Below are positions 12,233 through 25,055 of a stretch of DNA of 64,000 nucleotides, in pieces. Both the position numbers and the translations under genes were made by a program. The stretch's first letter is position 1. Every line of letters begins with the position of its first letter. The notes under the pieces are model-generated. The model ran no database searches. It was not told where the DNA came from and was given only the letters and a program-made list of their open reading frames with translations. The stretch spans positions 47,866,207-47,930,206 of the forward strand of contig JASCQW010000072.1 in assembly GCA_030264375.1 (NCBI GenBank), read 5' to 3'. Origin of the DNA: Carcharhinus longimanus (lineage: Eukaryota).

Positions 12233-12885
12233 TAATATATTGGTCTCCTTATTTAAAAGAAATATGTAAATAGGTTGGAAACAGTTCTGAGAAGGTTTAC
12301 TAGATTAATATCAGGAATGGGTGGGTTGTCATATGGGGAAAGGTTGAAGAGCTTAGGTTTGTATTTTGAAGTTTAGAGGAATAAGAGATGACTTAATCAA
12401 AACATTTAAGATCCTGCAAGGTATTAACAAGGTGGATGTGGAGAGGATGTTTTCTCTTGTTGGAGAATCTAAACCTGGGGGCGGGGGCGTCACTATTTAA
12501 AAATAAGGGATCACTCTTTAAGACAGAGATGAAGTGAATTTTTCCCTGAGGGTTGTGAGTCTCTGAAACTTTCTTCCTCAAAAGGCAGTGGAAGCAGGGT
12601 CCAAAAGAGAAAATGCTGGGAAACCTCAGCAGGTCTGGCAGCATCTGTAGGGAGAGAAAAGAGCTGACATTTCGAGTCCACATGACCCTTTGTCAAAGCT
12701 AATTCCAGCATTCACGGTAATTTGCTTTTATCCAGTGGAAGCAGAGGTTTTGAATTTTTTAAGGCAGAGCTCGATAAATTCTCGGAATGTGGGATTGGTT
12801 TTACGGTTGGATCTTCAATGATCTTACTGACTGGAGAAGGCTCGAGGGACAAACGGTCTATTCCTGCTCCTACTTCATATGTTTA
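12233..12885 (+). mobile_element. CR1 LINE 3' portion with a nested Penelope-like insertion
   Basis: WSPYL...RRFTRLISGM...DLIKTFKI motifs and CR1 tail. Confidence 0.8.
12598..12732. mobile_element. Penelope-like terminal repeat fragment
   Basis: Flanked by 12-bp TSD cagtggaagcag (12586-12597, 12733-12744). Minus strand carries degenerate hammerhead ttgacaaagggtcatgtggactcgaaatgtc. Homologous to 39360-39525. Confidence 0.7.
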
Positions 12886-13549
12886 TATCCAAGTTATATT
12901 AGACACTTTTAATATTATTTTACTGTCATCAGACATGACAAAAAAGTTGACATTTAAAAATATATAATTCAACCTTTAGTTCCTTAAAAAAATTATACAG
13001 TAAAAAAGAGTTATGATGTAACACTCCTTGTTCACCTGCTAGCGAAAGGCAATGTTTTTCTCAATCCTGCACTGAACCTTATTTGTTTTTCTTATTTGCA
13101 TATCAGTTTCAGAATTCTCCAGCCTGTGGCACACATCACTTCCTGTCATACAGCATTCCTCCTGACTGCCACACGATCAATGCTGCAGGTAAAAATGGTC
13201 AACAATTAAAAGCTGTCTCCATGAAAGTTAACACCTCCCTCACATGGGCTCACTGAAACTCATTTCCTGCAACTCCTATAAAGAAAACTCTATGATTCCT
13301 GCTCAAAGTAAACTAAACAAGGATATTCCCACATCTACCAGAGTTCTCCCTCACCAACACTCCTCCCTCCCATGTGTTTAGTTTCCTCCTTGCTTCTAAC
13401 AAAATGCTTGGCAAAGTATAGTGTGCAGATCACATGCACACTGGGAAGAACCATTACATTTGGCTCACTCAAAATAGCCTTTAGGTTATGTGCCAGCATC
13501 TTGCAAATGCTTCCCTTATGGAGTAGCTAAAGGAGTGCAACAATTGACC

Positions 13550-13945
13550 AGTCAGCTCTGGTTCAGTGGAAGCACCCATGTCTCTGATTCAGAAAATTGT
13601 CAAGTCCTACTCCAGATATTTTATTGCTAATTTAGACAGTACTGCAGAAGAATTGCACTGTCACAGGTGCTGAGGTGTTAAGGCCCATTTTGTCCTTTTG
13701 CATAGATGCAAAAGATCCCATGACACTATTTCAAAGAGCATCAGGGACGTTATTCCTTATGCCTTGGCCAATACTCAGTCCTCAACCAACATTATCTGTT
13801 TATCGCATTGCTGTTTGTAGGAACTTGTTGTGCACTTACCGGCTGCCATATTTTCTAAATTACAACAATAGCTACTTAACAAAATTACTCCATTTGCGTA
13901 AAGCACTTGGGAACATCCTGATGCCTGAAAAGGGACTATAGAAAC
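13550..13945 (+). mobile_element. DeuSINE (SacSINE1/AmnSINE-like)
   Basis: Deu-domain-like aaagatcccatgacactatttcaaagagc...ccttggccaata...cattgctgtttgtaggaacttgttgtgc...ggctgcc. Confidence 0.7.
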
Positions 13946-14234
13946 TTCTTAAGTGTATCTACATTAAGGTGCAGACGTTTGTTAGAGGAGGGAAGAGCGG
14001 GGGCAGAGGGTGTTCAGCCAGAGTTCTCACTGCTGACAGCTATACAGGATCTCCTATAGATCAACATGTAAGTGTCGGTGAGGTCAAAACTGGGTTTGGA
14101 TGTAATCCTTCCAAAAGCTAAGTGGCCTGTAGACACTTACTGTTCACAAATGCAAAGAACAACTACTTCAGCAAAATACTGGTGACTTAGGACCCTTGAA
14201 AAATTAAACAGTGCAGAACGCAAAAGCAATGGGG

Positions 14235-14590
14235 TGATTCTCATCCTGGTTTACAAATCCCTTGCCCCTCCCTATCTTTGCAATCCCCTCCAACTCCACA
14301 GCCCTTCATGATATCTGTCCTCATCTAATTCTGTCCTCTTGAGCATGTGTTTTTAATTGCTCCACGATTGGTGGCTGTGTCGTCAGCTACCGAAGTACTA
14401 AGTTCTGGAATTTGATCCCTAAGCCTGTCCACCTATCTATCTTTCCTCCTTGAGACAGTCTCAAAAGTTAGCTTTTTGACCATCTGCTCTAACATCACCT
14501 TATGTGACTCAGAGTCAAATTTGGACTCGTAATGCTCTTATTGAACCTCTTTGGACCTTTTATTACATTAAATGGGCAATATAAATTGAA
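14235..14590 (+). mobile_element. L2 LINE 3' end
   Basis: LILVYKS..APPYLCN...IGGCVVSY..KFWN motif followed by an L2-type tail. Confidence 0.65.
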
Positions 14591-14879
14591 TGAACATACA
14601 CAGCACCTTAGGCTGCAGTTAGGGTCTGGTGATTATTTTTTAAAAATCTCACTGAAGGTCTGACATAAAAGCAATAGGACAGGTTTGGCATAGATTCATA
14701 GTTACATCAATACTATAATACAAAAATATACTACTTGGCCCAGTCTATGTTTATCCTTCGCATGAGCAGTAATCCAGATATCATGTACTACCCATTCTTG
14801 TATTCCTCATTCCCTCAATCATCTACCTAACGTATTCTTTAATGGTATTCTTCAATAATTAGTTCTGGTATAGAATTCT

Positions 14880-15140
14880 GTCACAGGAGAGGTAGTGCTT
14901 GATCGACTAGCGGGACTGATGGTGGACAAGTCCCCAGGACCGGATGGAATGCATCCCAGGGTTNNNNNNNNNNNNNNNNNNNNNNNNNNNNNNNNNNNNN
15001 NNNNNNNNNNNNNNNNNNNNNNNNNNNNNNNNNNNNNNNNNNNNNNNNNNNNNNNNNNNNNNNCCATGATCTTATTGAATGGCGGGGCAGGCTTGAAGGG
15101 CTAGATGACCTACTCCTGCTCCTATTTCTTATGTTCTTAT
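14880..15140 (+). mobile_element. Young CR1 insertion spanning an assembly gap
   Basis: VDKSPGPDGMHPRV, then an N-run, then a CR1 3' tail nearly identical to 3725-3797. Confidence 0.82.
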
Positions 15141-16559
15141 ATTCTACAACATTGCAGCCTTCCGCATAGAGGTTTCTGCTGCAACTTATCTGAAGTATTT
15201 TATGTTTAACCTTACACTTCAATCTCATCACTGTTTACTCCCCAAACACTGTTCTTACCTTTTCTGTTCCCTCATAATTTTTACATCTATTAAAGCACCC
15301 TGTATTCTTCTTTGGTCTAACAAAATCAGCTGACAGCGTAACTAAAGGTTAAATTAAGAGAGACTTGAGAAGTTGGGAGTTTTCTTTTTAAACAATGATG
15401 CTGTGAAGGATAAATGGTAACCATAAAGAGACATCAAGACAATATGGTCTTAAATAGATTAAATGTGAAGTTTCCTGTTACAACCCAACATTGAAACAAA
15501 GTTGATGAATTATTTTAAAAGTGTTTTTAGATACATGTTGGATAAAGAGGAATATTGCAGGATATGAAGAACAAACAGGAAAGTGGGATTAGACTAGGTG
15601 GCTTGTGTGGAGAAAAACACTGGCACATTGCATGACCTATTTTGTTCTGGAATGTTCTATGATTCATGATTTTCAGGACAGGAAGGGAGAAACCAGGGAT
15701 AAATTCTAAAATAAAAAAAATGCTGTTAAGTCCTGTTTAATTATATCTGGATATACGTGAATTATTTCTTTGATTTTTTTCAGAGACTGATGATTTTTAA
15801 CCCATTGTCTCCAGTGGGACTTGAACCCACTGAGTCATGGCAGACACTGAAATTGCTTACTGAAACCTCAACTAGTCCACAGTGTTGCCCATGACTTCAA
15901 AAGCTTTTCATATGTCATTCTTTTTCCCCTATGTCTCTTTGATGGCTGCACTCTGGGAACCATGATCCTTGGATCCATTGCTCTCAATAGCCTTCTGTCG
16001 CCAGCCTCGCCATGTCAGCCTATTGTCTCAGCAATCGAAACAGGAGTTTGCATTCTCCTCTGTCACCTGCTAGAAACGACCATTTTGTAGCTCTGCATCG
16101 CCTTCAGTACAATCTAGCAATCTGTCCTTCCTTCTGTAGCTTTAGGCTCAAAGAGAGACTTCTGGTTTACGAGAGAACGTTTGGAGGACCAGGAATCTGC
16201 CAGAGGGGAGTGGAGAGTAATCAGAATTTTCCATGAAAAAAGAAATAACCTTTTCGGCCCAGCAAATTTCTCAAAATCACTGAATGCTTACAGCACAGAA
16301 GGCCATTCAGCATGTCACATCCATGCTGGATCTCCAAAGCAACAAAGTGGTGTGCACTCAACCAGCACTCAGTGGAATGTGTGTGAAGCCGGGAGTTTGA
16401 TGAGTGAGGGGATCTGATGGTTTAATTTCTTTCTGAAGTCTAGTTTTGTTTACTTTTAGTAATTAGTTAAAAATTAGCATTACGGTGGCGGCATCAGGTA
16501 TCAATGACATAAGTAAGACTAGGATAGAACTTCTACAAAGGGATTATCTGGTGGTAGGC

Positions 16560-18985
16560 ACTAAAAAAAACTCAAAAGATAATAATTTCTGGAATATTAC
16601 CTGAGCCACATGCAAATTGACATAGAATAAATATGATTAGAGAATAATGCGTGACTAAAAGACCTGTGTGGGAGAAGTGAGTTCTGGTTTGTTAAGCACT
16701 GGTACTAATTTTGGGACTTCACTTGAATCATGCTGGGACCAGTGTTCTCGAGAGATCTATAATCAGTTGTATAATGTAGCGCTTTAAACTAAATATTGAG
16801 GGTAAGGGATCATATAGGGGAAGATTGAATAAATTAAAAGGAAACAATAAGATAATAGCTCAAATAGCTATAAAGATAATGATAATCAGAGTACAGAAGG
16901 AAGGGAGAGTGACAGCAGTTAGGCCCAGAGTTTACAAAACAGTGAAGAAAAACTGAATTAAGGGCTCCATACTTGAACGTTCACAGTATTCACAATAAAA
17001 CAGATAAACTGTGAGCTCAACCAGAAATTCAAATGTGTGACCTGATTGCCATTACCAAGATACGGTTACTAGAATTCAAAGGTGGAACCTGAATATCTAA
17101 AGGTATGTGACATTCAGGAAGGAGACAGGGAAAATGTGGTAGCTCTGTTAGTTAAAAAGGACATTAATACTCTAGTGCGAGGTGATCCTAGTTCCAAATA
17201 TCAAGATATAGAATTGGGTAGCATTAAGAAACAATAAGGGGCCAAAAACATTAGTGGGAGTTGATATAGGCCAAAGAGCGATGGAAATGTAAATCACAGC
17301 ATAAATCAGGAAATTAGAGGGGTGTGTAATAAGGGTAGTACAATAATCATGGGAGATTTCAATCTACATATAGATTGGGGAAACATAATTCATTTTAATG
17401 TGGAGGACAAACTTTGGAATGTATGTGAGATGGTTTTCTTTTTGGAAAGGAGCCTTTAGGAAAGAGAGGCCATAATATAGAACATAGAACATTACAGCGC
17501 AGTACAGATCCTTCGGCCCTCGATGTTGCGCCGACCAGTGGAACCAATCTAATGACCCTCTAACCTAAACTATTCCAACATTATCATATGGTAGAATTTT
17601 ATATCAAGTTGTAATCAAGGTGACGCAATTCAATCAGTAACTAAAGTCATAAATCTAAACAAAGAAAACAATGAAGGTTTGAGGGGCAAATTAGACACGA
17701 TGGATTGGAAAACTGTTAAAATGTATGATGGCAGACAGGCAATGACTAACATTTAAACAAATAATGCATAGTTTACGACAAAATACTTTCCTTTAATGCA
17801 CAAAAACCCAGCAGGAAAAGTGTTCCAACCGTGGCTAACAAAAAAAAATCAAAAGATTGATCACCAAGAGAGGTATTAAGTTGTTTAAAAAAAAGGTAAG
17901 TCTGAAGATCGGGAGCATTTTAAAATTCTGACAGGAACATCAAGAAAAAGCTTAAGAAAGGGAAAGAGAACAAACTAGCAAGAAACATAAAAATGGGCTG
18001 AGAAAGCTTCTGTAAGTATGTAAGGAAAAGATTAGCAAAACAAAATGTGGATTCATTACAATTGAAGTCAGGAAAATATGTATCCTAGATGTTGGAATTC
18101 AATTTTCAAGTTTGCAGATGACACAAAACGAGGCAGAAATGTGATTTATGAGGAAGATACAAGAATGCTTCAAGGGAATTTAGGGAAGGTAAATGATTGG
18201 GCAAAATTTTGGCAGTTGGCACAATGTGGAGAAATGTGATCTTTTTCACTTTGGTAAGAAAAACAGAAATAGCGTATTTTTTAAATGATGAGGCTGGGAA
18301 ATGTTGAACTTCAAAAGGGACTTGGATGTCCGAGTTCCTGAGTTACTGAAAGCTAATATGCGGGACAGCAAGCAATTAAGGCGGCAAATAGTATGCTGGC
18401 CTTAATTGCATGAAGATTTGATCATAAGAGTAAAGATCTCTTACTGCAATTATTTACAGTCTTTGTGAGACCACACCGGGAATATTGTGCACAATTTTGG
18501 TCTCCTAATCCAAGGAAAGATATTGCAACAAAGGTTCACCAGACTACTTCCTGGAATAGAGGAATTGCCCTAAGAGAAAAAATTAAATAGACTTGGCCTT
18601 TATTCTCTGGGGTTTAGATCTTATTCAAACTTACAAAATTCTTACAGGGCTCAACAGGATAGTTTCAGGAAGGATGTTTCCCCTGATTGGGGGTTAGAAC
18701 CGGGGGCACAATTTCAGAATGAGTGGCAGGCCATTTAGGGCTGAAATGAGGAATAATTTCTTCACTAAGAAGATGGTACAGCTTTGGAATTCTCTGCCCT
18801 GTGGAGGTTCAGTTGTTCAGTATGTTGAAGACTGAAATCAATAGATTCTTACATATTAAAAACTTCAAGTGATACAGAGAGAGTGGAGGAAGTGGTGTTG
18901 AAGTAGAAGATCATGCAAGATCTCACTGAATGGTGGAGCAGGCTCAAAGGGCTGAATGGTCTACTCCTATTCTTCTGTTCTTCTG
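16560..18985 (+). mobile_element. Degenerate CR1 LINE: ORF1 esterase end, ORF2 endonuclease and RT with deletions
   Basis: IIISGILP...LHLN (ORF1), YLNVHSI / IIMGDFN (endonuclease), KFADDTK (RT) and CR1 tail; many stops. Confidence 0.85.
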
Positions 18986-19029
18986 TTCTGATTTATCTGG
19001 TGCCACTCCAGTGACTTGCACATTTTTTT

Positions 19030-19610
19030 TCAGATAATATTCCAATTATCTTTTGAATGCCTCAACTGAATTTGCCTCCACCACACACTAATTCCAGATC
19101 TGAACCACTCACTGCATGAGAAAAAAATCCTCGTGTCACCATTGGTTTTTTTGCTAATTACATTAAGTTTGTACCCCCTGGTTATTGACTTTTCCATCAA
19201 TGGAAACAACTCTTCCCTTATCTATTTTGCCTAGATCTCTCATGATTTTAAAAAGCTTCACCAAAATTGAAGTTCCAAATCCCTGGAAAAATTCTCATGA
19301 ACCTTTTCTGTAACCTCACCAACGTGTCGCACCCAGAAGTGGACACAATACTCTAGTTAAGGCAGAACTAGTGCTCTATACAAGTTGAACATGACTTACT
19401 TGATATTGTATTGTATGCCCCCCATTAGTAAAGCCTACAACGCTGTATTCTTTATTAATTCCACTCTCAACTGTCCTATCACCTTCAAAAATTTATGCAT
19501 AGACACAGAGACGTCATTTCACTCTTTCAGCCCCTTTAGAATTGTGCCTTTCACGTTATTTTGTTTCTCTGCGTTCTACCTTCCAAACTGAATCGCTTCA
19601 CATTTCCATT
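19030..19610 (-). mobile_element. CR1 LINE 3' fragment
   Basis: Antisense ORF2 C-terminal motifs (LEYCVHFW). Confidence 0.65.
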
Positions 19611-20140
19611 CACTCAGAAAAAATAACTCCCAATTGCATTAAAATATTGTAATATGTATTGCATTTATCATTGCAAAGCCTAAGATTCTCCAGGAATTCT
19701 GCCACGAGGATCCACTCATTCGCCGCTACGTCCAATCAATAGATTTTGCCAATCAAATTACCTCAGTCTACTAAATATACTTATCGGCTGCAACAAGCAA
19801 GGAATCAAAGCCAACTCAAGTGTATTGATAAACACAATGTTTTGATCCTGGTGTGTGGCAAATTTTCTAAGTGCATTCATAAAGAAAGCATTTAAAATCT
19901 TACTGAAAACACAAATGGAGAAAATGCTCCTATGCTCACACAATGCATGATGACTTTTCCAACTGTGGTATTACTGAATGTGGTTTCAATTATCCTTTTT
20001 TCAAAAAGAACATTCAAATTACATTAGCCACCAGTAACCAAAATAAATTCCATCAGATTGAAGACAGCAGTTGAGTTTTAAGAACTGAATTCAAAGAAAG
20101 AAAACGTGCACACCAAAATGGTTTATTTATTAGTGTCACA

Positions 20141-20410
20141 TGTAGGCTTACATTAATACTGCAATGAAGTTATTGTGAAAATTCCCTAGTCGTCACACTC
20201 CGGCACCTGTTCAGGTACACTGAGGGACAATTTAGCATAGCTCATGCACACCTTTCAGACTATGGGTGGAAACCAGAGCACGCGGAGGAAACTCATGCGG
20301 ACTTGGGAAGAACATGTGGATACGGGGAGAACGTGCGGACTCCACACAATGTTCCAAACTGAGAATTGTTCCTGGGTCCCTGATGTGTGAAGCAGCTGTG
20401 CTAACCACAC
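20141..20410 (-). mobile_element. HE1-type SINE, alternative (type B) tail
   Basis: SINE head and body plus tail ...aacttcattgcagtattaatgtaagcctac...taataaataaa. Confidence 0.8.
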
Positions 20411-21059
20411 AATGGACAGTGGTAATGGAGAGATGTAACTAACACACTCACTCGCATGTTCCTCGCTCACAAGTGTACTCACCCACTCCCTCACCTGCAA
20501 TTACTCGCACTTGCTCTGACTCATCCACACAATAAAAATCATTGTTAAAATGCAACACAAGTTATTTACTCACATGTGTACGTTATAATTACTAATTTTT
20601 CAGTTTCAGAGTTTACTGGTTGCAAACCAAATCCTCGAGGCCTGGGAAATAGAAAACATTGGTCCTATCTTTGAAGTGGCCATGGTTGAGGGAGATAATC
20701 AGATTACAGACATTGAAGCCATCTTTTACTTGTCGTAAAAATGTTTAAAAGTATTATAAAGGTTTACATAATAGGGCATCTTATGGGGCATTACCTAATC
20801 CAAAATAGTCAGGGTGATTTCAGGAGTGGGAGGTCATGCGCAACTATTTTGTTTTGGATTTCTTCAAGAGCTACAAACATACGTGAACGTTAGCTTCTGG
20901 ATTTCAAGAAGGCATGTGGCACTATCCAACATAATAGGCAAATCTACGAGGTCAAAGTCCCTGGGATAGGTGAGAATATATTAGATATAGACAGGTGTTT
21001 TTGCAGCTGCAGACATGAATCCGAGATACAGATGCATGGTACATTGCTCCCTGTGTACC

Positions 21060-21520
21060 AGGGTTAAAGATGTCACCGAATGGCTGTGGAGCCTGAAGGG
21101 GAGGGGGTTGCCAGAATGGTTTGTGATGTGGAAGGGAGCTTGGAGCTTGTCATTTTTCCATGCATCTGCTGTCCTTGTCCTTCGAGGTGATGAAGCTCAT
21201 AGATTTGGAAAACACTTCTGAAGGACCCTTGCTGCAGTGAGGATGCTTATGGATGCTACACATTTCTGCCACTGTGCATCAGCAGAGCAGGGAGTGAATA
21301 TTTAAAACGGTGAATGGGGTATCAAACAAGCAGGCTGTTTTGTTCTGGATGACGTCGAGCTTCGAGTATTGTCGCAGTCATCCAGACAAGTGGAGAGTAT
21401 TCTATCACACTCATGACCTGTGCTCTGTGGATGATTGACAGGCTTTAAAGGGGCCTGGAGGTGAATTACTCTCCATAGAATTCCCTGCTCGCAAAGCCAC
21501 AGTTCATTTTCTGTTTGATG
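21060..21520 (-). mobile_element. CR1-like LINE 3' fragment
   Basis: Reverse complement of gtcatccagacaagtggagagtattctatcacactc gives SVIEYSPLVWM. Confidence 0.7.
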
Positions 21521-21561
21521 CTAGGAAATAGTAATGTATTAATTGGCTTCAACTTAAGAGC

Positions 21562-21687
21562 CATGATGTGGAGATGCCGGTGTTGGATTGGGGTGGGCAC
21601 ACTAACAAGTATCACAACTTCAGGTTCAATCCAACAGGTTTATTTGGTATCACGAGCTTTCGGAGCGCTGCTCCTTCATCAGATGAA
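21562..21687 (-). mobile_element. Penelope-like terminal repeat
   Basis: Homologous to the right half of the palindromic elements at 38127-38346 and 50926-51150. Confidence 0.75.
21650..21686 (-). ncRNA. Minimal type I hammerhead ribozyme motif
   Basis: Minus strand reads UCAU-CUGAUGA-A-GGAGC-agc-GCUCC-GAAA-GC-UC^GUGA: intact core, 5-bp stem II, 4-bp stem I and palindromic AGCU in place of stem III. Confidence 0.72.
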
Positions 21688-21689
21688 TC

Positions 21690-22880
21690 CTGGCCTGTTG
21701 CACTCTGGTAGTGCAACAGGCCGGAAGACATCAGCAGTGGCTGTTTCACGGCCTTCCCGCTGGGTGCCAAGGCTTCCATGAATCTCCCAGTCCAAGATTT
21801 GTAGCGTCATCAGCTCTGCACAAGACTTCATCGTCGAGCTGATTTCAATATTTAAATTCTCATTTAAATATGATTAGCAAGCCCTGGACTGAAGACTCTG
21901 GGCCTGCTAGCCTCTCTCTCTCTCCCCTGCTCCCCCCCCCAAACCCAAACCACTACTGGGGTTTACTACTGCTCCCCATGAATGGGGAACAAGTGGCCCA
22001 ATCCCACTAGAGAGAATAGAGGCCATGGAAGTCTCCCAGGATGTCAGGGATAAGGGAGGTGCCCCTTGAACAGTGCCAGCTTGGCCCCTGACACTGCCTG
22101 GGGGAAAACTGCAATGCCCAAGGAGTGCTTTGGCAGTGCCCACTATGCATTAGGCAATGCCAAGGGGGCAGGAGGCCAGTTGGGGGTGATCAGTAGGGGG
22201 GGGGGGGAGGTGTCCAGCTGCCACACTGCACTTGGAAGGATGGTGATTGGGGCTGGTTTGGGTGGTTTTGGGGAGGTAGAAATCGGGAGATCGAGACTGG
22301 CCCATGGAGGTCCGAGAGGCCAGCGATCTGGGGTGAGGAATGGTGGAGGGGGTCAGTAGGCCAGTGATGGGGAGTCACAGGGCTGGCCAGCAATCAGGAG
22401 GTGGGGATACAGGGGGCAATGATGGAAAATCTTGGGGCTGGGCAGTAATCAGGAGGTGGGGATACAGGGGCAACGATGGGGAGTCACGGGGCTGGCCAGT
22501 GATCAGGAGGCTGACAGTGTGGGGCTACGCGCATGCGCCAATTTCGAAACTGAAAGAACGGCACATATGCAGTGGCCCGCTCAGTGCCAAGCTGCTGGCC
22601 TCCTGGGTGGAAATAGGTCCCACCCACTGATTTGTAGAGAGAATCCCACTAAGTCACTCTGCAATGCCCAGAATGTGGGAAATTCATTCTGAAAATCACA
22701 CTAAAAAACCAGCAGGAGTTACTCCCATTTTCATGAAATAAGNNNNNNNNNNNNNNNNNNNNNNNNNNNNNNNNNNNNNNNNNNNNNNNNNNNNNNNNNN
22801 NNNNNNNNNNNNNNNNNNNNNNNNNNNNNNNNNNNNNNNNNNATAAGGGACTTAGAATTTTTTTTGGGAGAATCCTGGCC
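21690..22880. mobile_element. Harbinger-like non-autonomous element, left end lost
   Basis: Shares internal blocks and the right terminus (cttagaat...gggagaatc) with 5768-6365. Confidence 0.65.
22366..22510 (+). repeat. Minisatellite, about 2.5 copies of a roughly 55-nt unit
   Basis: Repeated gatggggagtcac.gggctggccag..atcaggaggtggggatacagggg. Confidence 0.75.
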
Positions 22881-22884
22881 GAGA

Positions 22885-25055
22885 TGTTTACCAAGGATGG
22901 GAAAGAGGATGAGTGGCAGTATTCATTAAGGAGAACATTGCAGTGCTGAAGAGAGAGTACTGTCTATCCTAGAGGGATCAAGGATGTAATCTATTTGGCA
23001 GGAGCTATGGAATAAAAAGGTGCAATCTCATTGCTTGCTGTAATCTCTAACCTCCAAGTAGTAGGAAAGATATGGGGGAACAAACTTGCAAGAAAATTAC
23101 AGCAGTGCAAGAATTAGAGTAGCTATAATGAGGTATGTTAATTACCCAAATATAGCCTGGGATAAGAGTGGAAAAAGAAAGGGGCAAGAGTTTCTTGAGT
23201 ACATTCAGGAGAATTTTCTACAGTACCATGTTTCCAGTTCAACAAGAAAGGAGGCTTTGTTGGAATTCTTGGGAATGAGGTGGGCTAAATGGATCAAGTG
23301 TCAAACATTTAGGCACAATGATCATTGTACCATAAGGTTATGGAAAAGAACAAGAAACAATCCAGAGTAAGAATAATTAACTGGGCTGAAAGCCAACTTT
23401 AATGGGCATAAGAACAGATCTGACCCAGATAAAGTGGAATCAAAGGTCGACAGAAAGATCTGTAATTGAACAATGGGCTGCCTTCAAAGAAGAGGTAGTT
23501 CCGGCACAGTCAAAGTATATTCCCACAAAAGTAAAAGGTAGGGCAAACAAATCCAGATGGTGATGTTGGATAGACTGTCTGAATTGGAAGTTGATACAGC
23601 ACTGGTACCAAATGAGATGCATCAATGGATACTGAAGGAAACGAGAGTGAAGATTGCATAATTTCCCAATCTTTCTTATATGTGGATTGTGCCAAAGGAC
23701 TAGAGAAAGAAATGTTATACCCTTGCTCAAAACAGGGTGTAAATGTAAACCAGGCCAATACAGGCCAGTTAGTTTAAGCAAAGTGTTGGAGAAGCTTTTA
23801 GAAACGATAATTTAGGGCAACATTAATAATCATTTGGCTAAATGCAGGTGAATGAAGAAAGTCAACATGGATTTGCTACGGACAAATCGTGTTTAACCAA
23901 CTTGATTGAGTTTTATGAATAGGTAACAGAGAGGGTTGGTTGGGGTAATGCAGTTGATGTGGTGTACATAGAATTCTAAAAGATATTTGATAAAGTGCTG
24001 CAAAACAGACTTACAAGCAATACTAGAGAGCCTGGAATAAAAGAGACAGTACCAACTTGGATAAGAAACTGGCTGATTGACAGGACACAGACGGTATAGA
24101 TATTTTCATAGATATTTTTGGGTTAGAGAAACACTTATAGTGGAGCTCCTTGGGACTTGATGCTTGGATTCCTGCTCTTCTTGATGTATACATGTATTAA
24201 TGTATTACATTAATTACCTAGGTCTTGGCGTACAGTGCACAATTTTCAAATTTGTGAAAAATACAAAACTAGTAAGTATTGGTAAGTGCTGAGGATAGTC
24301 TAGAGTTTGTGGAACAGGTGGACAAGTGATAATTCAAATTTAATGCAGAGAAGCATGAACTGCTTCATTTTGGTAGAAAGAAATAAAGGAAGAGAGACAA
24401 TATAAAAGGGAATAAGTGGATCCAGGAGCAGAGGGACTTCAGTCTATGTGTGCATCAATCATTGATGGTGGGCAGGGCAGATTGAGAATGTGGTTAATAA
24501 ACCATGTAGAATCCTGTGCTTTATCAATAGGGGCATAGAGTACAAATTATATTTTTAAAACTATATTATAAAATACTGGTTCTGCCTCAATTGGAGAAGT
24601 GTGTACAGATCTGGGCAGCATACTTTAGAAAGATTGTGAAGGCATTTGAGAGGGTACAGAAAAGATTCACAAGAGAGGTACCAGAGATGAGGAATTTAAG
24701 TTACATAGAATGGAAAAGATTAAGAGATTTGATAGAGATGTTCAAAATCATGCGGGGCAAGGCAGTATGTAGGAAAGAAGTAACTTCCCAGTGGTGGAAG
24801 GATTGAGAAACAGAGCACACAGATTTCAGATAATTGGCACAAGAATGGCGAAACGAGGAAATAGTTCTTCACAAAGCAAGTTGGAATCTGGAATGTACTA
24901 CCTGAGAGTGTGGTGGAGGCAGGTTCAATTGAGGTATTCAAGAGAAAATTGGAATATCTGAATAGGAAGAATGTGCAGAATGAGGCAATTCGGCCCGTGT
25001 CTTGCTCCATCACAGTGCCAGCACAGACATGGGCTAAATGGCCTTTTCTATGTTA
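22885..25055 (+). mobile_element. Degenerate CR1 LINE ORF2 (endonuclease to 3' end)
   Basis: QEFLEYIQENFL, YRPVSL, QHGF..DKSCLTNLIEF, RVQKRFTR motifs and CR1 tail. Confidence 0.85.
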
